A stretch of 59,370 nucleotides of DNA, filler included. It is 3 parts of 3 records of this genome, joined end to end, with 100 filler letters (N's around TTAATTAATTAA, not from the genome) between each part and the next. Parts side by side here need not be neighbours in the genome. Positions count along the whole stretch, not along the records: positions 44,662 to 59,370 come from SRR31156797_5409; 2 more parts are not named here. The stretch is one strand, 5' to 3'. Each line of letters begins with the position of its first letter. Position 1 is the stretch's first letter. Below are positions 47,731-56,676 of the stretch, piece by piece. Both the position numbers and the translations under genes were made by a program. A model generated the notes under the pieces. It was given only the letters and a program-made list of their open reading frames with translations, made no database searches and had not been told where the DNA came from.

Positions 47731-48912
47731 ATGAGTACAAAATATATACTAAGTGGAACTTTTCTATTCTTATTTGCTGGATGTAGTGTAGGGGAGGTAC
47801 AGTCTTTCACCTCTGCTGCACTTAGCAAAAACCCAACTACAGCTTTAAAAACTCTAGCTAAAAACAAAGCGATCAACTACACTGCAAATCCAAGTAAACT
47901 TAAAAGTGATATTAAAAAACTCTCTAACCTAAGTGATGTTTTCAAAAAATTTATCAATAGTATCTCAAAAGAGTGGGGTGAAGAGAATGTGGAAGTTCCT
48001 AAACAAAAAGAGTATGTGAAATATATAGATAACTATAAAAGTAGAGCTTTAATAGACTTTGATAAAGGGATTGTGACGGTTGAAACAGTAGATACAAAAA
48101 CACCTCAAACCACACTAAAAAATGCCATCTATACAACTTTGCTCCTCCCTGATGATCCAAGAGCTGTGGATCTTTTTGGATCATCCAAAGTAAAACTAGG
48201 TGGAACCCCATATCTTCTAGGAGAAGTAAAAGATGATCAAAATAAAGATATACGATATGAATGGAGAGCTAAACGATACGCAGATATCCTTTTAAGAGAC
48301 CGATTCAAACAAAAAACAATAACTAATAACGGAAAATCTCAAAAAGTATCGTATGTAACCATCCCTATGGTAAAAGACCATGCAGATATTAGAGTAGCAA
48401 AGTTTAAACCCTATGTACAAAAGTTTGCCAAAAAATTTAATGTAAGTGAAAACCTTGTCTATGCTATCATCCAAACAGAGAGTAACTTTAATCAATTTGC
48501 CGTAAGTGGTGCAGGAGCTATAGGACTAATGCAGGTAGTTCCAACAAGTGCAGGGCGAGATGCCTATAGACATGCAAAAGGTAAAAGTGCTACACCATCA
48601 CGAGACTATCTTTTTAATCCATCTAATAATATAGAACTTGGAAGTGCATATCTTCAAATACTGAATGAAAACTATCTAGGTGGAATTACAAATCCAATCT
48701 CTAGAGAATATTGTGTAATAAGTGCTTATAATACAGGAAGTGGAAATGTGTTTAAAGCTTTTAGTTCTAATAGAACCACTGCAAAGAATCTTATAAATAA
48801 GAAAAATCCATCAGAAGTGTATCAAACTTTACGAGCCAAGCTTCCTTATACTGAGACTAGACGGTATTTATATAAGGTTGTGAATTTTAAGAAGCAGTTT
48901 GTGAATATATGA
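47731..48912 (+). CDS. mltC: Membrane-bound lytic murein transglycosylase C-like lipoprotein
   Basis: Lipobox LFAGC, DUF3393-like YVKY.D.Y.SR..IDF, and SLT motifs TESNFN, GLMQ, AYNTG, ETRRY. Confidence 0.88.
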   Translation: MSTKYILSGTFLFLFAGCSVGEVQSFTSAALSKNPTTALKTLAKNKAINYTANPSKLKSDIKKLSNLSDVFKKFINSISKEWGEENVEVPKQKEYVKYIDNYKSRALIDFDKGIVTVETVDTKTPQTTLKNAIYTTLLLPDDPRAVDLFGSSKVKLGGTPYLLGEVKDDQNKDIRYEWRAKRYADILLRDRFKQKTITNNGKSQKVSYVTIPMVKDHADIRVAKFKPYVQKFAKKFNVSENLVYAIIQTESNFNQFAVSGAGAIGLMQVVPTSAGRDAYRHAKGKSATPSRDYLFNPSNNIELGSAYLQILNENYLGGITNPISREYCVISAYNTGSGNVFKAFSSNRTTAKNLINKKNPSEVYQTLRAKLPYTETRRYLYKVVNFKKQFVNI

Positions 48913-48943
48913 TTACTAATAAAGTAAAAATAAGGAATATATT

Positions 48944-49210
48944 ATGAAATATGATATGAATGTCATAAATTCAATATTTGAGAAATATGAACAGGATAGA
49001 TTATTAGATAAAAATATTGATTGGGATTCTCTAGATAATGAACTTAAAGAAAAATTACATATAGGGTATAAGTCTATAAAACAAATTATTATCCAATATT
49101 ACCAAGAATGTTTATATAGAGAACTTTGTTATGGGTATGCCAAAAAGTTTCAATGTATTGAGTTTCATCAATTAATTAAAAAATATGAATCACAAAACAG
49201 ATCAGTATAG
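48944..49210 (+). CDS. Hypothetical protein
   Basis: 88 aa with AAGGA RBS; very AT-rich; no recognised motif. Confidence 0.5.
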   Translation: MKYDMNVINSIFEKYEQDRLLDKNIDWDSLDNELKEKLHIGYKSIKQIIIQYYQECLYRELCYGYAKKFQCIEFHQLIKKYESQNRSV

Positions 49211-49222
49211 TATATTAAAGAT

Positions 49223-49258
49223 TTGACATAAAATGCTAATATCATTATAATATCATTA
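49223..49258 (+). promoter_or_regulatory. brnTA promoter (leaderless) with tandem repeat
   Basis: TTGACA-17-TATAAT; ATG 6 nt after the -10; TAATATCATTA twice (49237-49258). Confidence 0.75.
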
Positions 49259-49551
49259 TGAATAAGTTAAATTTCACTTGGGATAAAAATAAAGCAAAAT
49301 CAAATTTGATAAAACACAAGATTTCATTTGATGAAGCAAAAACAGTATTTGATGACGATAATGCAAGATTGATTTATGATCCAGATCATAGTGAAGATGA
49401 AGATAGGTTTATCTTACTTGGGTTAAGTTATAAGTTGAAGGTTCTTACAGTTGTTCATTGTTATAAAGATGATGAAAATAATATTAGAATAATAAGTGCT
49501 AGGAAATCAACAAAAAAAGAAGAGAAACAATACAAGGAGTTTTTATTATGA
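49258..49551 (+). CDS. brnT: BrnT-family toxin
   Basis: FTWDKNKAKSNLIKHKISFDEA, H..DEDR and IRIISARK motifs. Confidence 0.93.
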   Translation: MNKLNFTWDKNKAKSNLIKHKISFDEAKTVFDDDNARLIYDPDHSEDEDRFILLGLSYKLKVLTVVHCYKDDENNIRIISARKSTKKEEKQYKEFLL

Positions 49552-49757
49552 GAAAAGAATATGATTTTAGTAATTCAGTAAAAAATCCATATGCTAAAAA
49601 AGTTAAAAAACAAATATCAATTAAAATAGAAGTAGATACTATAAACTATTTTAAAGAATTAGCTGTAAAAAGTGGTATACCATATCAAAATCTTATAAAT
49701 TCATATTTAACAGATTGTGCAATGAAACAAATTGAGCCAAAATTAAAGTGGGCATAA
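49548..49757 (+). CDS. brnA: BrnA/CopG-family antitoxin
   Basis: MRKEYDFS..KNPY, ISIKI and GIPYQNLIN motifs; 4-nt overlap with brnT. Confidence 0.9.
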   Translation: MRKEYDFSNSVKNPYAKKVKKQISIKIEVDTINYFKELAVKSGIPYQNLINSYLTDCAMKQIEPKLKWA

Positions 49758-50780
49758 TTAAATAATCAACATTCCATCCCCATAAGAAAAAAACCTATAT
49801 TTTTTTTCTACAGCTTCTCTATAAAGCTCCATCGTTTTTTCTAGTCCTACAAAAGAAGCTACCAACATTATGAGAGTAGACTTTGGAAGATGAAAGTTTG
49901 TTAAAAGGTGATTTACTCGCTTTGGAGGGTTATGTGGATGAAGAAAAAGATTAGCTTCTCCACTTGTTTTTTTACTCATTTGGTAGTATTCTATGGTTCT
50001 AGTTACTGTTGTACCTACTGCTAAAACTGTATAAGAACTTTTTAGAATATCTTGAGAATAACTAGGAATTTCAAAATATTCGCTATGCATTGGATGATCT
50101 GTGATCGTTTCACTCTCAACTGGTTTAAAAGTCCCTGCTCCTACGTGAAGGGTTAGGTAGTTCGTATTGTATTTTGCTTTTAGTTTCTCTAAAAGTTCAG
50201 GTGTAAAATGAAGAGATGCGGTTGGTGCTGCTACAGCTCCATAGTTTTTTGCAAAGAGGGTTTGGTAGGTTTGATTATCTGATTCTTCATCTTCTCTTTT
50301 TAGGTATGGAGGAAGGGGAAGGTGTCCTATAGTATTTAGAATTTCTACTAGAGATAAAAAGTCTAGTTCAGTTTTGTCTTTATAAAATTTTACTATCCGA
50401 CTTCCATCATCTTGAAGCTCTATTACTTTTACTTCCAAGCCATTATCAAAGTTTAAAAGAGTTTCAGGTTTTACTTTTCCTCTAATATAGACTAAGAATC
50501 TATTATTATCAAGTGGTTTATTAAAAAGTAGTTCTACTTTTCCCCCTGTTGATTTAGCTCCAAAAATTCGTGCTTTTATTACTTTTGTATCATTGAAAAA
50601 GATTTGTGTATTTTCAGGGATAAAATCTAGGAGGTTTTTAAAAGTGGTATGGGTGATAGTATCACTTTTTCTATCATATACTAAGAGTTTTGCATTATCA
50701 GCTGGAGTTACTGGGTAGGTAGCTATAAGTTCACTAGGTAAGTGATAGTCATAGCTAGAGGTTTTAAGAGGATCTAGCAT
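49758..50780 (-). CDS. queA: S-adenosylmethionine:tRNA ribosyltransferase-isomerase
   Basis: NDTKVIKAR, GAVAAPTASLHF, LHVGAGTF, TNFHLPKSTL and FSYGDGM motifs. Confidence 0.97.
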   Translation of the reverse strand: MLDPLKTSSYDYHLPSELIATYPVTPADNAKLLVYDRKSDTITHTTFKNLLDFIPENTQIFFNDTKVIKARIFGAKSTGGKVELLFNKPLDNNRFLVYIRGKVKPETLLNFDNGLEVKVIELQDDGSRIVKFYKDKTELDFLSLVEILNTIGHLPLPPYLKREDEESDNQTYQTLFAKNYGAVAAPTASLHFTPELLEKLKAKYNTNYLTLHVGAGTFKPVESETITDHPMHSEYFEIPSYSQDILKSSYTVLAVGTTVTRTIEYYQMSKKTSGEANLFLHPHNPPKRVNHLLTNFHLPKSTLIMLVASFVGLEKTMELYREAVEKKYRFFSYGDGMLII

Positions 50781-50781
50781 C

Positions 50782-51546
50782 TTATTTTGATGGTGTTTCC
50801 TCTTGTGCTAGATCTTCGATCTCCTCTTCTTCCTCTGGTTCTGCTGGGTTAAAGATCTTTGCTATATAGATAGATACCCCATAGAGGATAATAAGTGGAC
50901 CAGCCATTAAGAACTGTGTAATTACATCAGGAGGAGTAAGTAGAGCAGAGAGTACAAAGATAAGTACGACTGCATATTTAAAAAAGTCTTTAAGAGTTTG
51001 ATCTGTTACTAATCCTACAAGTGCAAGGAAGAAAGTAAATACAGGAAGCTCAAATGCTATACCAAATCCAAACAGAATCTTTGTGAAAAAGCTTACATAT
51101 TTTCCGATACTTGGCATTACTGAGACCACAGCATCACCAAAATTAATTAAAAATTCAAATCCAAAAGGAACAACAACATAGTAAGCAAAAGTTGCACCAG
51201 TTAGAAACATAATAGTTGCTCCCAATACAAAAGGGATAACAAGTTTTTTCTCATTGTCATAAAGCCCTGGAGCTAAAAATAGCCACATTTGCCATAGGAT
51301 TATAGGAAGTGAGACTAAAAACCCACTAAAAAATGCTACTTTTAAAGCAGTGAAGAAAGTCTCTTGCACTTCAATAGCAACCATCTTAGAACCCTCTGGA
51401 AGTACTGCTTCTACTGGAACCATCATCCACTCTAATATAGGTTCATACACTGCAAAACATGCAAAAAATGCTATAAAAAATGCAATACTTGAAATAACTA
51501 ATCTTTTTCTAAGATCAGCAATATGTGGTTTTAAATCTTCTAACAT
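50782..51546 (-). CDS. tatC: Twin-arginine translocase subunit C
   Basis: HIADLRKRL, FLAPGLY..E, FELP and LTPPDV motifs. Confidence 0.97.
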   Translation of the reverse strand: MLEDLKPHIADLRKRLVISSIAFFIAFFACFAVYEPILEWMMVPVEAVLPEGSKMVAIEVQETFFTALKVAFFSGFLVSLPIILWQMWLFLAPGLYDNEKKLVIPFVLGATIMFLTGATFAYYVVVPFGFEFLINFGDAVVSVMPSIGKYVSFFTKILFGFGIAFELPVFTFFLALVGLVTDQTLKDFFKYAVVLIFVLSALLTPPDVITQFLMAGPLIILYGVSIYIAKIFNPAEPEEEEEIEDLAQEETPSK

Positions 51547-51944
51547 TATGCTTTTTTACCTTCGCTCATAGATATTTTTTCTTTTTTCTTTGGAATATTT
51601 GCAGATTTGATTTCTGTTTGTTTTGTCTCAGGTTCTTGAACCTTTTTCTCTGCGGTTAACTCTTCCATTGTTGGAGAGCTTTTTACATTGGTGATCTCAT
51701 CAATGTCGATATTTGCCATACTTTGAATATTTGAAACGCTTTCTTTTAATTGCTCTGCGTCTTGTCTCATTCCTGAGAGATCTAGCTCTTTATCAATGCT
51801 TGATTTTGCATCACTAATTTCACCTTTGATCTTTTTAAAAAATTTCACCGTATCAACAATTGCACCTGGAAGTTTTTCTGGACCTAAAGCGATAATCGCA
51901 ACAAGTAAAATAAGAAAAATCTCCATAAATCCCATACCGAACAT
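51546..51944 (-). CDS. tatB: Twin-arginine translocase subunit B
   Basis: MFGMGFMEI...LGPEKLP; directly upstream of tatC. Confidence 0.94.
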   Translation of the reverse strand: MFGMGFMEIFLILLVAIIALGPEKLPGAIVDTVKFFKKIKGEISDAKSSIDKELDLSGMRQDAEQLKESVSNIQSMANIDIDEITNVKSSPTMEELTAEKKVQEPETKQTEIKSANIPKKKEKISMSEGKKA

Positions 51945-52026
51945 ATAAACACCTTTATTTATAAATAGTCTAGGATTTTACCCAATTTTTGTTAAAATTC
52001 CACATAATTTTACTAGAGGATTTATA

Positions 52027-52782
52027 ATGATCAAATTATTAGTTTTAGCATTGGTTGGATTTGTATTTTATATGCTTACACGAGGATATAAAAGTAGCGA
52101 TTATCAAAATATAAAAGTGGATGGAAAACAAACTTTAAAAGGAAAACTAGAAGAGCATGAAGCAGGGCTTTTGGTAGCTATGATGGCAAAAGTTGCCAAA
52201 GCTGATGGAAAAGTAAGTGAACTTGAAGCAGAACTTTTAAGTCATACTTTTACAGATATCTCAAATCACTTTGAAAACTCTAGTGAAATAAGGGAGCAAC
52301 TAAAAGAGATCTATAAAAATGAGATGGAATCTTTTGATAACACTATAGCTGTAGCCCAAAAATATTTTAAGCTTACAAAAAGAGACTACCAAAAACGTCT
52401 GAAAGTGTTAGAATATCTATTAAACCTAGCTTTTATAGATAATGATTTTTCTAAAACTGAGTTTATGATCACTGAAGATATTGCAAATGCATTACAGATT
52501 CAAAAAAGTGATTTTGAGACGATGATCGCTAGATTTGAGCAATATTATGCTGCAAAAGAGAACGATAAGCATCTCTCACTTGAGCGTGCATATCAAGTCT
52601 TAGGGGTAAGTGCAAGTGATGAAATGGGCGTAATTAAGAAAAAATATCGGCAGCTTGTAAAAGAGAATCACCCTGATATCGTAACAGGGCAAGGTGCAAG
52701 TCAATCTATCATTGATGAAGCAACAAAAAAGCTTCAAGAGATTAATGAAGCATATGAATTAATAAAAAAACAAAGAGGGTAA
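52027..52782 (+). CDS. djlA: DjlA-like co-chaperone (TM + TerB-like domain + J-domain)
   Basis: AKVAKADGKVSELE, LAFID and C-terminal YRQLVKENHPD...INEAYE. Confidence 0.85.
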   Translation: MIKLLVLALVGFVFYMLTRGYKSSDYQNIKVDGKQTLKGKLEEHEAGLLVAMMAKVAKADGKVSELEAELLSHTFTDISNHFENSSEIREQLKEIYKNEMESFDNTIAVAQKYFKLTKRDYQKRLKVLEYLLNLAFIDNDFSKTEFMITEDIANALQIQKSDFETMIARFEQYYAAKENDKHLSLERAYQVLGVSASDEMGVIKKKYRQLVKENHPDIVTGQGASQSIIDEATKKLQEINEAYELIKKQRG

Positions 52783-52785
52783 TAA

Positions 52786-53010
52786 ATGGCAGATTTTCAC
52801 TATAGTTATGAGGTGTGTACTTGTAGAAAAGTAACTTTAGGTGAGATAATACATGCGGTAAAGGATCAAGGTGCCAATACTATTGAAAGTATTGGTGAAA
52901 TTACAGATGCGGGAACAGCTTGTGGATGTTGTAGATCAAATGAAGATGATTTTGGTGATCCAAAAATGAAGCTTTATCTTACTCAGATATTAGATAAGTT
53001 TGCCAAATGA
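52786..53010 (+). CDS. Bfd-like [2Fe-2S] protein
   Basis: VCTC...AGTACGCC motif; 74 aa. Confidence 0.85.
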   Translation: MADFHYSYEVCTCRKVTLGEIIHAVKDQGANTIESIGEITDAGTACGCCRSNEDDFGDPKMKLYLTQILDKFAK

Positions 53011-53216
53011 TGGATGGAGAAAAAATAGCTCTTATTGAAGAGATTAAAAAGCTTATTGCAATAGGAGAAGAAAGTATTGAGATCAATCCAAACTATTTGG
53101 AATATTTTGAACTTGAGGAGCTTGAAAATATAAAAGAAGAGCTATTATTAAAAAAACAAAATATAAAAGACTCCACAGCTTCGTATATAGAAGAGATATA
53201 TACAAAGCTGATTTGA
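53007..53216 (+). CDS. Hypothetical acidic protein
   Basis: 69 aa with a 4-nt overlap with the upstream gene. Confidence 0.65.
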   Translation: MMDGEKIALIEEIKKLIAIGEESIEINPNYLEYFELEELENIKEELLLKKQNIKDSTASYIEEIYTKLI

Positions 53217-53217
53217 T

Positions 53218-55170
53218 TTAGTGGAATTTTTTCTCTATAGTATCTGCAATAGTTTCATACTTATTAAATTCAACTTCATCATCTACATTTTCTAAGAGTT
53301 TTTCAAGGTTTTTAAGCATTGGTTTAAACTTTTTTATAGCTCTTGGATCAATTTTCCCAGAGTTGGTTACACTTGCTCCTAAATCAAAAAAGAGTGAAAC
53401 AAGTTTTTTATTTCCAAGAAGAGCTGCATAGTAGATCGCAGGAATTGAATAGATATCTTCATCATTGATAGTCTTTGGAGAGACTTTGTATACAAGTTTG
53501 ATAATCTCAGCTTTATCATGCCATACACAGTTATGGATAACTGTTCTTCCTAAATTATCTGTGATCTCATAGTTAAATTTCACTGTACTAATTAAAATAT
53601 TAAAAAGTTTTAGATTGCACTCAGTTGATGTTACCTTATGTAAGATAGTCCATCCAAGCGAGTCTTTAAAGTGTTTGTCAACTTTTCTACTTACTAAACT
53701 ACTTAAGTTATCTCTAAAGTGTTTACATACATACGTTGAGTCATCATTATTCTCAAAGATCCATAAAGTATAAGCATAGAAGATATTATATCTTTGAGAG
53801 TTAAGCATATGTATATTTACACCACTTTTAGTATAAAGATTAAATAATGCAAAATTATTGTACATCAAAGGTTTAAAGAAAAGTGGATTACCATGAGAAT
53901 CTAGAAGATCTAAGATATGTTCTGTTTCTTCATCAGGCTCTTCCTCTTTTAATAAAAGTTGTACAACTTGAATATATAAACCATCAGGATCTATAAGTGA
54001 AACTAAATGTTCATCTTGTATTAAAACAGTTCCATCAATATGAAGAATAATATTTGTAAGTATCTCATAGGTGCATTCACCATCTTTGTTTTTTATTTTT
54101 GGATCAATTCCATATACCAATAGAAGTTTGATAATATCCACATATTCCATAGCATCATATACTAGCATCTCTAAAACAGTTTGCCCTCTAGAGTTTTGAA
54201 TATTTGGATCTAGATTATGGGATAATAAAAAGCTAATAAGTTCTATATCTCTAATGGCAACTGCATTAAAAAGACCAGTTTCTCCATTGCTATCTAGAGC
54301 ATTAATATCTCCACCATGCTCTACCATTTGCTCAACATTTCTAAGTAAGCTTTCTCTTAATTCTCTATCAGTATTATCTGTAAGTTCAGAAGCTCGAAGT
54401 ACGAGCTCCATCATAATGGTGTTTCCACTGAGTGTCTTTTCATTTACATTGGCGTCATGAGCAAGGGCTACATCAATGATACTTTCAGCCTCTTCACCCC
54501 TAAGAGCAGCTTTATAGAGGAATGATTCCCCTTTAGAATTAAGTTGAGTTGGGTCACATCCTGAAATCATAAGCTCTTTTGCTAAGATATCATTTTGCTC
54601 TATTTGAGGGTGTTGCATTAAAGTATTACCCTCTTCATCTTTTGCATTTAATTCGATATTTTCTAAAGCAAGTAGATATCTTACAAAAGTATAGTCTCCA
54701 TAAGATAAAGCATCATGGATAATATGGCGTCTTCTATTATCAAGATTGTTGATATCAGCACCACCCTCGATCAAGGTTTTTGCCATAGTAAGGTTTCCTG
54801 AGATGATCAGGTTTTGTAAAAGACTTCTTCCATAATCATCCCTTTGATTAATATTTATTTTTTTGTGTTTTAAAAGCTTTTTAACGATCTCATTTCTATC
54901 TTTTTCAATAGCAATATCCATTGCATTTTTAAGCTCTTTATTTTTAATGGTTGGGTCTGTACCATGCTCAAGGAGCCAAAGAGCATTTTTAAATTTTCTT
55001 TTTTTCAAGCAGATCATTAAAAATGTATTACCTGTGGTATCTTGATGATCTATATTTACTTCTCTAGAATCAATTGCTTCTTGTAACCATTCAAAATCTT
55101 GGTGTTCCCCAAGAAGCATCTCTAAAAAGTTTTCTACTGTAAATTTTTTCTTGAAAAAATTTTTTAACAT
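53218..55170 (-). CDS. Ankyrin-repeat protein
   Basis: Many G.T.L...A....LL..GADIN..D repeats over 650 aa. Confidence 0.9.
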   Translation of the reverse strand: MLKNFFKKKFTVENFLEMLLGEHQDFEWLQEAIDSREVNIDHQDTTGNTFLMICLKKRKFKNALWLLEHGTDPTIKNKELKNAMDIAIEKDRNEIVKKLLKHKKININQRDDYGRSLLQNLIISGNLTMAKTLIEGGADINNLDNRRRHIIHDALSYGDYTFVRYLLALENIELNAKDEEGNTLMQHPQIEQNDILAKELMISGCDPTQLNSKGESFLYKAALRGEEAESIIDVALAHDANVNEKTLSGNTIMMELVLRASELTDNTDRELRESLLRNVEQMVEHGGDINALDSNGETGLFNAVAIRDIELISFLLSHNLDPNIQNSRGQTVLEMLVYDAMEYVDIIKLLLVYGIDPKIKNKDGECTYEILTNIILHIDGTVLIQDEHLVSLIDPDGLYIQVVQLLLKEEEPDEETEHILDLLDSHGNPLFFKPLMYNNFALFNLYTKSGVNIHMLNSQRYNIFYAYTLWIFENNDDSTYVCKHFRDNLSSLVSRKVDKHFKDSLGWTILHKVTSTECNLKLFNILISTVKFNYEITDNLGRTVIHNCVWHDKAEIIKLVYKVSPKTINDEDIYSIPAIYYAALLGNKKLVSLFFDLGASVTNSGKIDPRAIKKFKPMLKNLEKLLENVDDEVEFNKYETIADTIEKKFH

Positions 55171-55329
55171 TTATCTATTTGCCTTTATGGTATTTGTTTA
55201 CTATATTTTACAAAAATAATTCTTAAAAGTTAAAAAATAACTGCTAGATACAGTTTTGATCAAATTATTTTAGCTACAATAAGTAAAAATTATTAAAAAC
55301 TTATCTTGTTTTACACCTAGGAGAATCCC

Positions 55330-56211
55330 ATAAAAACTTACCTTTTATTAGCTTTGTGTGTATTGTTTTGGTCTGGAAACTTTGTAGTGGGAAGATATAT
55401 AAAAGAGGATATAGATCCTATTGAGTTAGCCTTTTTTCGTTGGTTATTTGTCTTGATTATGGTGTTACCATATTTTATAATAAAAAGAGAAAAAATTTTA
55501 AAAGTTATTAAAAATAATTTTCTAATACTTACAATTCTCTCACTTTTTTCTGTAACTTTATTTAATACTATTTTATATGTTGGGCTTATTTATACAGAGG
55601 TTACAAATGCCCTATTGATCAATCTAAATGTGCCAATAATTATTTTGATACTCTCTTATTTTATTTTAAAACAACAAATCTCATTAAGACAGTTTTTTGG
55701 GGTGCTCATTTCTAGTATTGGTGTAATATTTTTAGTCTTACATGGGGATATAAAAAATTTATTGACCTTAGAGTTTCAAAAAGGGGATCTTTGGATTTTA
55801 TTAGCAGCATTTGCATGGTCTATATATTCGGTTTTATTAAAATTTAGACCAAAAGGGCTTAACAATTATGAGTTCTTTACCACAACTGTTATTATTGGGT
55901 TTTGTTTATTACTCCCACTTTACTTAGCACAAGGGTATGAATTTCAAAGAGAGGTCAGTATTGTAAGTGAATATTTTTGGATTATTGTATATATTTCACT
56001 TTTTAGCTCAATTCTTTCTTATTTTTTTTGGAATTATGGAATAGAAAAAGTTGGTGCCAATAAAACTAGTCAATTTACCTATCTTATGCCTCTATTTGGA
56101 AGCACCCTAGCGTATATATTTTTAGGTGAAGTATTAGCATTGTACCATCTACTTGGAGCTATTTTTATCCTTTTTGGAATATATCTATCTCTTTTTTATA
56201 AAAAAGGGTAG
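55330..56211 (+). CDS. DMT/EamA-family transporter
   Basis: FWSGNF, LAFFRW, GDLWIL.A..AWSIYS; ten TMs. Start placed at in-frame ATA 55330 behind AGGAG; the ORF track uses TTG 55354. Confidence 0.88.
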   Translation: MKTYLLLALCVLFWSGNFVVGRYIKEDIDPIELAFFRWLFVLIMVLPYFIIKREKILKVIKNNFLILTILSLFSVTLFNTILYVGLIYTEVTNALLINLNVPIIILILSYFILKQQISLRQFFGVLISSIGVIFLVLHGDIKNLLTLEFQKGDLWILLAAFAWSIYSVLLKFRPKGLNNYEFFTTTVIIGFCLLLPLYLAQGYEFQREVSIVSEYFWIIVYISLFSSILSYFFWNYGIEKVGANKTSQFTYLMPLFGSTLAYIFLGEVLALYHLLGAIFILFGIYLSLFYKKG

Positions 56212-56277
56212 CTTCCTTAACCCTATCTTTAAAATATCTTGTTAAAATATAACTATTACTTATATATTGGAGCTTAT

Positions 56278-56676
56278 ATGAAAAAGATGTTTTTATTTTT
56301 ATCTATCATTGTGACTAGTTCGTTGTGTGGATCTCAGATTTTAGAAGATCCTGCCTTTTTAAAGATGGTCAATGAGCAAAACAATAAGGACAAAATAGTT
56401 TTAATGTTTTATAGTGCAAAAACATGTCCACAATGTGCTTATATGAAACAAAAGGTATTTAAAGAAACAAAAGTGAAAAAATATCTACAAGATCACTTTA
56501 CTATTTTAGAAAAAGATATCAATAAAGATGATCTTCCTAGTGGATTTGATTATTTTGGGATACCTACAATGTTTTTTATTAATGATAAGGGACAGCAGAT
56601 CGCTAAGATTGTAGGTTCTTCTAGGGGTGAACCTTTTTTACAGAGTTTAGAACGAATCGTTAAAAAGGTACATTGA
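56278..56676 (+). CDS. Exported thioredoxin-fold protein (SoxW-like)
   Basis: Signal peptide MKKMFLFLS..., CPQC and cis-Pro GIPT..F; GGAG RBS before ATG 56278. Confidence 0.85.
   Translation: MKKMFLFLSIIVTSSLCGSQILEDPAFLKMVNEQNNKDKIVLMFYSAKTCPQCAYMKQKVFKETKVKKYLQDHFTILEKDINKDDLPSGFDYFGIPTMFFINDKGQQIAKIVGSSRGEPFLQSLERIVKKVH

Noticed and set aside
45360-49210. Graspetide (microviridin-like) RiPP cluster
   Set aside because: No precursor with leader/core or T/S/K-D/E repeats is visible, and the 88-aa ORF does not resemble one. A distant precursor cannot be excluded.
52027-52782. Tellurite resistance gene terB
   Set aside because: The TerB-like domain is fused to an HPD J-domain (DjlA architecture) and no ter operon is present.
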